Assembly: GCF_016433145.1 (NCBI RefSeq)
Contig: NC_058134.1
Span: forward strand, 122,666,027-122,730,026
Direction of reading: 5' to 3'
Length of the DNA: 64,000 nt
Source: Gracilinanus agilis
Lineage: Eukaryota
Shown here: positions 12,070-25,719 of the stretch, piece by piece
Layout of the letters: every line of letters starts with the position of its first letter
Position numbering within the stretch: position 1 is the first letter of the stretch
Position numbers and translations under genes: made by a program
The notes under the pieces: generated by a model
Databases searched by the model: none
The model's input: only the letters and a program-made list of their open reading frames with translations
What the model was told of the DNA's origin: nothing

Positions 12070-15000
12070 AATATCAATTTAAGAACATTTTATTTGTGTT
12101 TTGAGATTACAGAATAGTTATTGCTGATCTAATACAATCACTTAGACATGAAGATTTCCAACAGTCTTTTGGAATGGTAGATCCTCAGAAATTTTATTTC
12201 TTTTTAGTAGAATGACAACAAGAATTAGATGATTATTTTATGTGATATATATGTATATATCTATCTCTATATATATATTTAGTTCAGAATTGAATGACTT
12301 GTCCACAGATAATTTGCTGGTGTTACCTATTTTCCTTTCCTAATTTTTTAATTAAAAAGCTTTATGCAACAATGCATTTTGATTTCTTTTTAAAAATCAT
12401 GACAGAGTTAATGCTGAGACAACCATAGGAGCATAGCAGCAATTCTCGATCTGTTGAGAGAGAAGCCAGCAGCAGAAAAAGCTTTAGAGGAGTGCATGGC
12501 CATGGAGAGCTGTGCTCAGAAGTGGGAGGAGAGGTGGGATATTCAGTTTTTCTTATTTAAAAAAAATATATAAATATCTACATAGAAGTTAAGAGAAGGG
12601 TTGAGAATCGATAAGTTCAATGATGAGAACAGCACCTCCAACATGCTTGAGCCAGACACAGAACAAGTAGCTCTTTCCCTTGTTTCCAGACAACTAGGCT
12701 GTGCACCCGAAGCAATGATCTGACAGGTCCTAAACTCAAGGTAGACAACAAAGGGTGCTCCCAAACCTGAAACTAAGGGCACCTGTTCTTGGCTCCTGTC
12801 TAGGGCTAATGGGTCAGGGCTCCAGGAGATGTTGAGAGAGGCTATCTAAAACTCAGACTACTCTGGATGACAGCATTAGCCACTTAACCTGGGAACCGAG
12901 GGCACCACCTTACTCATTTAAAGTAATGTATAACACAAGGGGCTTCCTTAACAAAGTTGGGTAGTCCATGATCTTTAAGTTCCAGGTGCAAGGCTCGACA
13001 AAGAGACAGGCCCTGGAAAACAGTAGACCAGAACTAGACTGGGGCTTCTGATTCAAGGGAATATCAGAGTCCAAGGTGTCTGACTGATGGAGCTCTGTCT
13101 GGGAGAACCAGGGGAACCAGTAAGTACCTATAAAACACAGAAACAAGTAGAGGAGATGGGGTATAGGGAATAGGAGAGAAGGAACCTTCTGCTGAAGAAT
13201 CTAGATGTTTTTTATGATCTTCCTTAGAGGGAAATGCAGTAGGGTTCAGAGGGGATACCCTAAAGTACCAAAAGCATAAAGTGGGATCTCTCTAAAAATT
13301 CTAACATCACCCTGAAGGACCAGGGTTTGTGGATTAGAAACAAACAAATCTGTTTTACTGAGGTGAATGATCACTTGTCTAAGCTTCTCCTCTCCATATC
13401 TTCAAAGGTAAGGTCACTTCCAGGCTGGCCCTGAGGGTAAAAGATGAAGACTAGGTAAGGCCTGAAGGGGTGGAGTAGGGCAAGAGAACTAGATTAGTGT
13501 AGCCCTGGGAAAGCTGATCTGGGTCAAATCTGATCTGAAGGAGCAGAAGTAGTCCAGATGAATTCTAAAACCAAACTGATGGTTTATGGTCATTTTCAGA
13601 TAGGACTGAAGTTCTCAAATAGTCAAAGATAGCTGGGGCTACCTTAGGTCCACCCTAACAATGTCATTAATCCTAGTCCAGACTAGTACCAGCACTGGGT
13701 ATTTCCAGGGAAGAACCAAAGCTGAATCTGTCAATGGAATGAGTTATGGAGTCCCATGATAAAGTCTACTTGATATTGAGGTTGCCCCAGAAACCACCCC
13801 TAGATGATAGGCAACAGGATTCTTAGAGTTAACAGAGGATTGATTGGGGATGGGAAAAAGAGAAGGAAGAGGCCAGGCAGAGATATTTTGGCAGAGAAGA
13901 AAGGACACAAGTCAGACAGCAGAGAAACTGGATCTTGGCTCCATCAATGGTAATGGCCATAGGGATAAATGTTTGATGAAGAAAAACTAATCAAACTAGC
14001 TGTGATCCCCTGGACATGGATGCCCAGCGATACTTATAAACAGCTCAGCCAGTTAATCAAACTGAAAATCCCCCAGGAGACAAAAATTCCTAGCCCCTTT
14101 AGAAAGTGCCCCAAATTTGCTAAGCTGCAGGTCTGAGAACCCGGGAGTCCATTTCTGAACTCCAAACACACTTTAGCTGCCTGAGTAATGCATATTCTTT
14201 CCTTGCTCAATCTCAGAGGCAATTCTGGGCAGCAACAGGAAGAAGGAGAGAAATGGTCTTCCAAATTCTCCTCCGAGATTGTTCCAATTTTGCCTAGAGG
14301 GGCTTCCTGAGATGCTATCCAACCATATGGCATGAGAACAGAGTGATAGACCCTCATGGATTTGGTTCCCACTTCCTGAGCAGAGCTTTGGTTGAGTTGG
14401 AAAGCTGGTTTAAGAAAAAGATCCAAGCAATACCAGAGCTGCTGAGAAAGTCATGGAGGCACAGTCTCCTGAGAATCAATGTCCAAATGGTCACAAACAT
14501 ATTAGAAAGAGTCTTAGATAAGGAAGGGGACCCCCAATAGAGGCAGGTAGAGTTAATTTTTTGTGGGGTTTGCTGAAGCTGTCACCCTTCCCTCTCAATA
14601 GCTTTTTCAGAGAAGGCAGTGATAGTGCTGGCCAAGGCTGAGGCCCTGGGGCCATGCTGATTAAGTGGCTTTCCAGAGGCCTCACCTGGGGAAGGATAGA
14701 GGGTCAGTTACTGAAGATCTGTCACAAAACTCCCCCCCAAATCCCTAAGAGACAAAGACTCTGGAATCCCTGAATGGTAAAAGTACCCTGGACAACAGAC
14801 ACATGGCCATCACAAAAATTTCAAAACTAATGGAGAATGATGCTGAAGATGCAGGGGGTGGGGGGTGAGGAGATTCCCCACACCCTCTTCCTTCTTTCCT
14901 CCCAGCCCATCCTCTGTGGCTCTCACAGCCCTCAGGGCAGTAACCACACCATGGGCTGAGGCTGAGGGCACAGGATTCTAGTTTTAATAAATAAATAATC

Positions 15001-15139
15001 TAACACATGGTCTATGGGGTGAGCATGGCTGGCAGCTCTGACCAGGGAAGCAGCTTGCTGGGTTTTGTCCTGTACAGTAGAGGAGAAAAGAATTGGGGTC
15101 CTGTTTCTTAAAACGTCTTCTGGCTTCAGTTACAGGAAC
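12070..15139 (-). other. AHCYL2: AHCYL2 3' UTR (end approximate)
   Basis: Follows TAA at 15140-15142 and begins GTTCCTGTAACT, like the recalled human UTR. No SINE seen in it. Confidence 0.65.
12089..12094 (-). terminator. AHCYL2: Probable distal AHCYL2 polyadenylation signal AATAAA
   Basis: tttatt on plus, about 3.05 kb past the stop codon, at the end of a repeat-free AT-rich tract. Length is close to the recalled human 3' UTR (~3.2 kb). Confidence 0.65.
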
Positions 15140-15146
15140 TTAATAT
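15140..15146 (-). CDS. AHCYL2: AHCYL2 exon 17 coding part ((R) Y stop)
   Basis: Acceptor tttccctctag|A TAT TAA completes AG|A (Arg), giving the C-terminus PNYYRY*. Confidence 0.9.
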
Positions 15147-15523
15147 CTAGAGGGAAAAAGAAACAAAAGAAGATGAGGCTATCAGGTACTGGGGCTGCTG
15201 GGATGTGAGCAGTCTGTCTGCTGGAAGAAATGGGCAAGCACAGACTCAATAGGAAATAGACAAAAGGGTTCCTCCCGAGTGTCCCAAATCTTATTTGGGG
15301 AGTGGGTAACGGCCCCTTGTCACACCAGTGAAAAAGACCCAGGCTTCTCCATATAGGGGGACATAGTATTGGGAGCACTAGCCTGGAAAATGCCCCCTCT
15401 CCTCCCATAGGGAAAGCCTTGGATCAGTAGGTGCCCCATTTGGGGATTACTGAAGCTTAGCAGAAAAGACTAAGAATCCAGGGGCTTCCCAAAGGCCTCC
15501 CTCCCTGCCAGGAGTCCAAGTCA

Positions 15524-15718
<195 letters not shown>

Positions 15719-16781
15719 CTAGTGATCTACTTTAGTTTCTGGGGCTAAGTGACCAATTCTCCTCTGTCCTATTATAACATCCCTCCTTACCCCTCACATC
15801 TTTTCATCTTCCTTTTACTACTCCTTAGCTGGGATACATATTTGGCTTTCAGCCTTGAGCTGAGTGCTACTAGTTAAGAGTTTTTGTTCCTTTCTAACAG
15901 AGACAGGTATGGGGAAGTAGTTGGTAGCATCTAGAGAAATGGTGGAGGTTCAGGAGCTAACAATAGAACTGAGTCCAGAAGCTCCAGAAGACTGAGTCTA
16001 AATGCCAGGCCTGCCTGGGACCCAAAGAATAGCTCTGAGGCATTTGGAGGCATTATGGATCTGTTTTCCCTTTTATTGAATGGCAAAGATGATTCTAGGG
16101 AGTTTCTGGGGGAAAATCACTAAGAAAGATAAAGGCTCCAAGTTTCCCACTGCTCATGTACCAGGCAGGCCAGTCAGCATGTCCACATATGCTGCTCATG
16201 TCATTTTGTGCCTTTATTTGGTTGTGATCAGATCACAAACTTAATGAAGCCTTTGTCCTTAGTTCTTTACCACTTCAGAGTACTTAAGACAGTAATATAG
16301 TCTCAATTGACTTACTAGCAGCCATTGATAGGGATTGGTAGAGAAAAGCAAAACCATTTCTTAACTTGAGTTATATCAGGAGTCTAGAAAAATACTGAAT
16401 CTCTTTAGGTGTTTGAGAAAGGTTGGACACCTTTTAAAAATAAAGTTTGTTTCACCTTTAAGAACACTGATAATCACTCTTAAGCTGGAGATGAGGACTG
16501 GGACGGTGAGATGTTTAGTCAGAAAGGGGTTTGATTTAGGGCTATCAGCAGCCCAGAACAAAGGGAGCAAAGCAGAGGAGATAGGACAAGTATCACTTAA
16601 AGGTGGACAGCAGAAGCATTGTCTTTTCCTCTTTAAGGCTATTGCAACAGAAAATGCCTTAAGTGTGAAAATGCTCCGCCTACCACAAATCCTCCCACCT
16701 CCTCGTCTCCCTTCTTTGACATCAACATGGAGGCACACCCTGGCCGACAAAGAGGAGCTTAGCTACCCAGACACTGCTTCA

Positions 16782-16952
<171 letters not shown>

Positions 16953-16974
16953 TCACACCAGGCCTGGGGTGCTA

Positions 16975-17088
<114 letters not shown>

Positions 17089-17168
17089 CTAGGGAGCAAT
17101 GGAGATGCACAGGTATTGTGGCAGCCAACCATACCTGCACATATACCTTTGAAGAGTGATGGAAGGGA

Positions 17169-17374
17169 GTGGGCAGCTAGGTGGCTCAGTGGATTGAGAG
17201 CCAGGCCTAGAGACGGGAGGTTCTGGGTTCAAATCTGGCCTCAGTCACTTCCTAGCTATGTGACTCTGGGCAAGTCACTTGACCCCATTGCCTAGTCTTT
17301 ACTGTTCTTCTGCCTTGGAATTAATACATGGTATTGATTCTAAGACAGATGATAAAGATTTTTTAAATAAATAA
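17169..17374 (+). mobile_element. SINE1_Mdo-like SINE
   Basis: GGGCAGCTAGGTGGCTCAGTGG head. 17-bp TSD aagagtgatggaaggga at 17152-17168 and 17375-17391. Lies 80 nt from the exon 14 acceptor. Confidence 0.92.
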
Positions 17375-18935
17375 AAGAGTGATGGAAGGGACAGGACAAC
17401 TAGAGCCAAATATTTTCAAATATTAGCCACAGACAAGTATTTCACAACTAGTTGAGCTAAAAGGGAAAGCCTGCCACAACTATTAGCACTAGGCTGGGAG
17501 ACACAATGTGTACTAAAAACCAAGCCACTTGCTGATTTAATTATTGCTTAGGAGCACCAGTAAAATAAACCTGGATGGAGAAATGAAGCAAAGAGGAACA
17601 AGATCTGGTCATCCTGAACCAGCTGCCTCTTTGGGCTCCAGAAACTCTGGAAAGCTTTTTTCTTGAAAAGTTGCCTTCCTACCATTCTCTTCAGTTGGTC
17701 TACTGAGTCTAAGTGGGCTCTGACTATTAGAATGAGTGCTTGTAGGGAATGGACGTGCCAGAAATCTGCCGCACTGCCCCCCCCCACACACACACACACT
17801 TTGTTTCCTGGGAAGCCTAACAACCCTTCTCCTCAATTCTGAACACTAACAGTCAAGAACAATTGCACTGCTTGCTTTTGTCTTCAAAATTGCTAGGTGG
17901 GTCTTCCTGAGCCAACTAGAAATAAGTCACCAGATAGGAAGCTGACGTCAAATCGACATCAAAGGTACAGATTTAAATATCCCATATTCCATTCATTTTG
18001 TGAAGAAGAAAGAAGCTAGGTAATCTTATTATAGTCAGGAAGGTAGGTTCAGATGAGGGCGGACCACGAAAAGGAGAAAAAACCCCCAAACTTCCATGTT
18101 TCCAGATTCTGGAGGCTACAGCTTAAATGTTTTTAAATTTATTTTTTTTAAATAACAGCAAAATAAAGCACACAGAGCTTTGGAAAATGGAAATGTAGGG
18201 AAATGGCTATAACACCTCTGCTATTTCCCTATTTCTTGCCTAGAGTAACCAGAGCAAACAGGATTTGGGCTAGATTGAAGGGGAATCAGCAAAGCAGCAG
18301 AGAGTCTGGTGTTGGGGAAAAGGCATGGGGAAGGGTAAAAGGTAGAGAGCACTGGCCTGGGAATACAAGGGTCAGAGATGAGAATGACAACGGGTTGGAT
18401 AGGGCCTAAGATTGGGAATTATCACTCTATTAACCAATTACTATTTACTAAAACCTTCAGCATCCTTATATTAACTAGTTTTAAGGGGGCAGAGAGGTGA
18501 GATAGGAGATCAAGACTGTGGTTTTCAGAACTTGCTTAGTGTAGTCTTGGTTACGGCCAGGAATATCTATGCTTCATGTTCACTAAAACTATTTAAATCT
18601 TCCCACAAATGACATAACCACTTTGAGAGCATCTCACAAACAGCTCTGGTTCTATCCATTAATTCTTTCTATGGCAATAGTCATTGTGTGACTCAACCTG
18701 CCGAGTGACATGAGGAGACAGGATAATTGGTGAAAAGTGGGGAACTAAAATAGGTTCTTAATTGCTGAATGAAAAGACATTTCACAATTAGAAATACAAG
18801 TCATGGGTAAAGTAGTTAAATCTTTGACTTAAGAAACTGGCACTATGGAAAGGGTGAAAGGAGGTACGGAAGAACCTTGGAGGCCTCTTTCCAGTTCTTG
18901 CCCAGCTCTGTTACCACTATTGTGTCCCAAGGTTA

Positions 18936-19055
<120 letters not shown>

Positions 19056-20967
19056 CTAGAATACATGTAGGAAACATCTCATTAGGACAGCAAGTCCCAC
19101 CATCAAGGATGGGGAGATGCAAAGAGAGGGAACATTTCAAATGGCAAACTGAAGGAAGCAAATGCCATGCCAGATAGGAAGGCCCTGTCTTAGGCTGTTG
19201 GGGACTCTTCCATTTTAGATTAAATCTAAGCCCAGGGAGCTCACTCAGTTTGTCAAACCCCAGTCAATACCAGGCCTCCACTGCCTTCTGAGCACAGTCT
19301 AAAGTGCTATGGAAAAATAAAAGTAAGCAGAGACATTGTTTTGGCCACAAGAGAGCTTAAAATTTATGTGGAGACACAGAATGTATGCAAAAAATCCTTA
19401 AGAATACTTACAAGTAAGACATATAAACAAGAGAAAATTAATATAGTACAATCTAAATACATAAGTTCTGAGGGGACACAGGAGAAGAAAGGGACTAAAG
19501 TTGGATAATGTTAAGTTAGAGAAAGCTGAGCCCTATTCATAGCATGCTGTAGGCCATGTCTCTGGCCCTATGTCTCATTATCTTGGGGAATCCAACTTTG
19601 AAGGGATAGTGAGTCCCCTTATATTTTTATAACACACACACACACACACACACACACTGCCCTAAATTGTAGATGCCCTTAAAAAATTGCTCAATGATAA
19701 AAGTAAAATTATCTGCACATTGTATATTCAGAGCAGGAGAGTAATGGTTTATTAGCAGAAGCAATCAGTATAAAAACTACTAGCATAGACTCAAGGTAAT
19801 ATAATTTTTTTCTTTCAATAGTTCTGTATTGTCTTCCTCTTAAAAGACAAGGATGAAAACTACTAAGGGGAAGGGGAAAGATCTCTGTGTTCCAAACTAT
19901 TATTATTCTAGCAGCCAGAATATAAAAGGTCTGCTCCTTAGGTCCAGTATTTTGGTCCATTTGGCAGTTATATTACTATATGCAAAAGTATATTTAGGAT
20001 AGCCCACTGAGTGACAAACTGGAATTTATTACTTTGATGAGTTGTATAAAACAACTGTAAATAGATCTGAAAATAATTCAAATAAATGGATTATTAAAGG
20101 GAAAACGAGGTAGTATGGCATGGTGGACAGAAACGCTAGCCTTATTTCAAATCCTACCTCTGGCACATACTGGTTCTGTGACCCTTGGTAAGCCACCTAA
20201 CTTCTCAGTGCTCCAGGCTACTCTTTAACCCTATGAATAGCAGAGCAATTCCTGACCTACATTGGTAGAGGGAGTCTCCTTCGAAAATAAAATCACAACT
20301 CTGGTCCAAAATAAAACAAAAATCAATAGTGAGTTAGAGGCATGAAGGCCACAGCCACATTTGAGATTGCCTTATTTGACCATAAGCTGTCTCTTGCTTA
20401 GTGCTAGTTGACTGATGCCACTATTAAACATTTTAGGATGGCTTGAAAATGATGGCATTCCATTTATCTTTCTGTTTGCTTTCTTCCTAAACCTTCTGTA
20501 GCTGGAATTTGAGGGGGTCCAAGCTCTCCACCAGATTTTTCTCTTGCCTAGTTCTATGTTTTAAAGAACTAGAATGATGCCTGCACAGTCCGACTACCTC
20601 CTGCCAAGCCCTCTCAGTCGGTATACTTGTCCAGAGAACCTCAATGGTTATTAGTGACCCAAATCCTCACAAAGAGCAATGACAATTACTCACAGTAGCT
20701 GAACACCAAAATATAGAGTAGACTTCAGAGAAAAGGGAAATGAACAGATGAGATGTACAGACCCACTGACATGAGGCTGTCATTCCATTTAGTAGCTCTA
20801 TGGAAGAAGGATGTTTCAATAGGCTATCATAACTTAATGGGAATATCTCCAGGAATTAATTTAATTTTCTTGAGTGGACCTACCTCTCGGGAAAGTCATT
20901 ATCTGTAAAGATAACCTTCTTCAGCTAACTATACTTATAGATATTACTAATATATAGATATTACTAT

Positions 20968-21274
20968 TTTTTAAACCCTTATTTTCTGTTTTAGTAACAA
21001 CTAAGAGCAGCAAGGGCTAAGCAATCAGAGTTAAGTGATTTGCTCAGGATCACATGGTGTGTTATTTAGAATTTCTGGGACACCATTTAGAGGTTTTAAG
21101 CCTCGAGATATGTAGATATATGACAACTTCCTGTGGACATGTGGGGGACTTTGAACTCATTTTTAATCGTTACAATGGCTAGAAAGTATCTGAGGTCATA
21201 TATGAACCCTGGTCCTTCTGCCTCTAGGCCTGGTGCTCTATCCTCTGTGCTACCTAACTGTCCTGAGATACTAC
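20968..21274 (-). mobile_element. CORE-SINE interrupted by a 117-bp LTR-like insert
   Basis: The SINE halves join as ggatcacatgg|ctagaaagtatctgagg once 21058-21178 is removed. Confidence 0.8.
21058..21174 (+). mobile_element. Miniature or internally deleted solo LTR
   Basis: TGT...ACA termini, 4-bp TSD atgg (21054-21057, 21175-21178). The 3' end atttttaatcgttaca matches the 34084 LTR end at 15/16. Confidence 0.75.
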
Positions 21275-23576
21275 TATTAATAGTGTATAGCACTGTGGAA
21301 CAAATAAGGTCTTTATGATTTTGAATGGTGAGCACTGTTTTTCTCAAGAGTCAAACCATCCCCTTGAGGATAGTGAGTTTTAAAACCTATGGCATGGCAC
21401 ACAGAGAAAACATAAAGCCACTACCTAAAACATTATGGTATTGTAACTCTTAGGCTATTGTGGATCCCTGAGGTTATAGAAATGTGTAATAGTTTTTGAA
21501 GTTTGCATTCTTGATACTGATAATAGATTACACTGATGCCAAGTACTGCCATAAGTGAAAGCACCACTCTGAAAGAAAGAAATAATCATGGGCAAAAAAT
21601 TTCACTCTTCACTCTGTTGGCCTTAAGGTTCAGAGAACCAAAGCTTCTTGGAATGGAACCCACAGTCCTAAATGTTTGTCTCTTCTTTATGGAAATACAA
21701 AGTTCCATGAATTTGTAGAAAATAGAATTCTGGCAAAGATGTCAGGCCATGTATACAATTCCCTAAAATTAAAATGTAGAAGTAGGAATAAAGAATTTCT
21801 CTTGTAATTCAGTTACTGGGAAGGGGTTAAAGTAGCAAGATACTTGCTTCTATCTATTTATTGCTGGTGATACTGCTAGCCTAGTAGTACCCTCAAAACC
21901 AACAGATAGCCTATCCTTTATTCTAAGAGGCTGTTTACATCCTGGTTGGGATGTGGGGAGATAAAGCACATATACCCCTAGTTGTTTTGTTGTTGTTGTT
22001 GTTGTTGTTGTTTTGAGGAAATTCTAGGAGTTTCCAAGAGGATAAGAGTATATCGGAAGGGTTTATTGGAAAGAACATTGAACTAGGAATCAGGAAAACT
22101 ATGATCTGGTCAGAGATCTTTGGATAATTCAAGGTTAATCTTAAGCAATAATAGTACCTGTTACAAAAATAGAATGTTATGGTCTGCAAAGCACTTTACA
22201 TGTATTATCTAATTTGATTTTCATAAAAACATTGTTAAGTAGGTACCATGGGGACAGTTATCCCCATTTCACAATTTGAAAAAACTGAGGCTGAGAGGTT
22301 ATTTGACTTGCCTGTGGTCACACAGTTAAGAGTTAGAAGTGGGATTCAATTCCAAGTTTCTGCTGACTCCAAGTCCAGCATTCTTTCCACTAGAGTGAGT
22401 ACTTCTCATGTAGTCTGTCTCAGTTTCTTCATATTTAAAAACATCTAGTAAAATTATTTCATATATACAATATGCATGTATATATATAAAAAATACTCAC
22501 TATAAAATTAAATGGAAAAAATAATTATTATTTTGGAATCTTCATAAGGATTTAAATAACTCCTTTTTCCTCACCAGACTAAATTATTTCTAAACAGATT
22601 TTAGGGCAAGACTATTCCCTCCTTTTGGGATCTTCTCATCTGTGGAATAGCTAACCAGAATGATTTGGGAAGGGTTAATATGGTATATATGCTTCTGTAT
22701 GTTTCATGGGCTGCTGGGGTGGTGGGACAGAGACAAGGAGGTTTAGAAATTTCATTATCTCACCTTTCAGCAGTGGAATTATGTGGCACACAAGAAATTA
22801 GTGAGAAAATCAAACCAACTAAATTAATAATTGGAACATGATGGGAGAGCTCAGTGGAACTGTACCACTTAGGCACCCCAGAGACAGAGGGAGGGCTTGA
22901 TAAAAACGATTTTTCAGCTCTTTTTATTATCTTTTTAATGACCAAAGAGCAGAGAACAGAGTTACACAAAGCAACCTGAATAAAGAAGATATTATCTGTT
23001 AAGGAGAAGGACTCTCAATACATCAATAATTCCTTGCTAGGCAATAATGATGAGCAATCAGAATATCCCAATGGTGATGAGAGTCCTGAGACAAGTACCC
23101 ACAGAGAAATACAACTGTGGAAGAAACATGTAATAAGAATTTAAAGCTGGAGTGAGAGAAGTTGTCCTTTCACTGGCTCTGACAAGTTTGGAAGTAAGTA
23201 GCTGATATCTCTCATTCACTACTCTGAATAACATGGTGAGGTCTAGTATTATGTCCTCAGGAACAGAATTAGGATAAAGAGTCAAGAAAGAGGGGCAGGA
23301 TGACACATTTTCTAGGTCTGATGAAAATATAATGCAGAAGTAACACTGTCATGGTTATAAATACCAAGGATCCTAGTTGACATCGTAAAGAAAAAGACCT
23401 TCTGGAGGGTGGCTGAATAGGTAAAAGGCCAAAGAGCTAAAACCTTCCAAGATCTACATCTACAAGAATGGGAATATGAGTCTCAAAGACTCCCATATGA
23501 AATACCTAACTTGGGAAGGAACTCTGTAATATTAAAAAGCACAAATTTGCAAGTAAACTCCCTGTAGGAGAGCCAG

Positions 23577-24458
23577 TGTAATGAGGGTTTAATGGTGGAT
23601 CAGTGATTGAGGTTGGTAAAGCTGTAAGCAGTCAGGAAGCTAGTGTGGCTTAATCTCAAGCTGTTTACTGATGGTGCTGGATGTAGGAATGACAACCACC
23701 CAGTGCCTAAGCCAGCCAAGGAACTGATGTAATTTCCCTTGGCAAAGACTAAACCCCTTTAAGAAGATTTCCCTTCAGTCTCTAACCTGGCTGAGGAAGT
23801 AACTCCTATTGGTTGATAGTGAGATTAGACAGGAAGGGAAGTGTGGTTCCTGTCTAACAATAATGGAGTTACTCTGCCTCCCTCCTAGAATCTTGAACAG
23901 CAGTCTACTTAGATCTAAGTTGAAGGTAGGAGTCACTAGTTCTTAAGTTAAACTAAGGTTTTACTTGAAAGTTGATTAGGGAAAAGGGTTTGGAGAGTGG
24001 GTTAGGAAACCTATGAATCTAGTCTAGTACTGCCTTCTTGATCTAAGTTCAGGATGTTGATGAATTTCCTTGCTATGATCTTCATCTGTCCCAAGGGACC
24101 AGCCCTGAGACAGAAACAAATAATCTCTTGATGGTAATACAGAGCAACCTCTTGATAGGGTATATCTAATTGATGTTCCTATTGGGTCAGCAAAGTTCTC
24201 CTAACCTGCCTAGCCTAGGAAACTAAGATCCCACGTTCCTCCTCCCAACCACCTTGGATCCCCAAGGGGTAGAAGTGAAGGTGAGAAGAGAAGTAGGGAC
24301 AGGAACAGAACCCAGCCCTGGGTCTCCAGGGCTTTATATACCCTGGGTCCAACTGGCAGTTGGTACTTGCCCTGTGGCTCATGCCACAGTCAACATTCCA
24401 TCCAGGGCAACTGACAGGTTGCCCCAAGCAAACATGGCAGTATTAATCCTATATTACA
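23577..24458 (-). mobile_element. ERV solo LTR (882 bp)
   Basis: TGTAAT...ATTACA termini, TSD ccag (23573-23576, 24459-24462). TATATAAA on the minus strand at 24333-24340. Confidence 0.85.
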
Positions 24459-24593
24459 CCAGTTAGGTCCTCCCCACTAAGGATGCACAATGACCTTTGC
24501 CTCCCCCTCCTTCCAGGTTTTCACCTCTGTAGCAGCCCTTGGGAGGGAGCAGAAAATGTTTCCTAAACTGAAGGGAACTTGTGTGTATCTTAC

Positions 24594-24688
24594 CACGTCG
24601 ATCTCAGTATTGGAATGTCCCATGTTACAAACAATGCAGCTGTTCTTCATGCGATCTAAGTGCTCTCTTGTCACCACATTCTTATTAC
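24594..24688 (-). CDS. AHCYL2: AHCYL2 exon 12 (95 bp) GNKNVVTREHLDRMKNSCIVCNMGHSNTEIDV
   Basis: tttaag|GT AAT ... GTG|GTAAG. Confidence 0.97.
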
Positions 24689-25560
24689 CTTAAAAAGAAA
24701 CTTAGGCAATGAGTAAGAAACATGAAGCAGGCACAGCTTCTCCTATCTCTTCCTCTCCTCTAGCTTTCTCTGAGGCTATAAAGACATATCTATATTTTAA
24801 TATTTGGGATGTGCCCTCCAAATTGCAATTTCAAATATCTACTGAGAGGTGAATGAGACTATTTCTATGGCATGTAGTAATGTTACAAAGAAGAAAGACA
24901 AAATACATGGACTGAGTCCAGGAAAAGAAAGCCTGCTCTTCTTCTGTCTACCTTCTTTTGGGAGCTCATCTGATTAGCTCCCTTTCTCCCCCAGTTATGT
25001 ATGACTTTGCCTTGATGTTGCCATGACCAAAAGGGCCCAGATGGAGAGCTGGAAGGACCCTTAAGAGGGCCTTTCACTTTAAACTTGGGGAACCTGAGGC
25101 CCAGTGATGTTCGATGCCTTGCCTTTAGAATCACAGAGGTTGTAAACTGTTGAGGTTAGAACACATCTTCTCACTTTGGAGTAAGTGCTCTTTTCACTAG
25201 TCTGCCCTGCTTCCATTCCTGTGGCCAATTGAGAAGGAAATCCATAGCTACTATTGGGAGATGGATAGGGTGAGGCAAAACTAGAGGTACAAATTTAAGC
25301 TCTGGACCCCCAAGTAAAATTTTGCAAAGAGACCTTCTTTCTTCTCTCACCCCTGTATGAAGCTATCACTCAAAGAAATATCTTTGCATATTCTGCTGGG
25401 GGAGTTGATTGCTTAAGATAAAGCACCACATAGTCAGTTTATGCCTGTGCTACATCTTGGATTACACCCTCCAGGAAGGCTAGAAAACTAATAAACTACC
25501 AGTTCTGGAGACTCTGATCTCAGTCATGGGTATTTTAGTTTGCCTAGAATATTTTTACTA

Positions 25561-25719
<159 letters not shown>

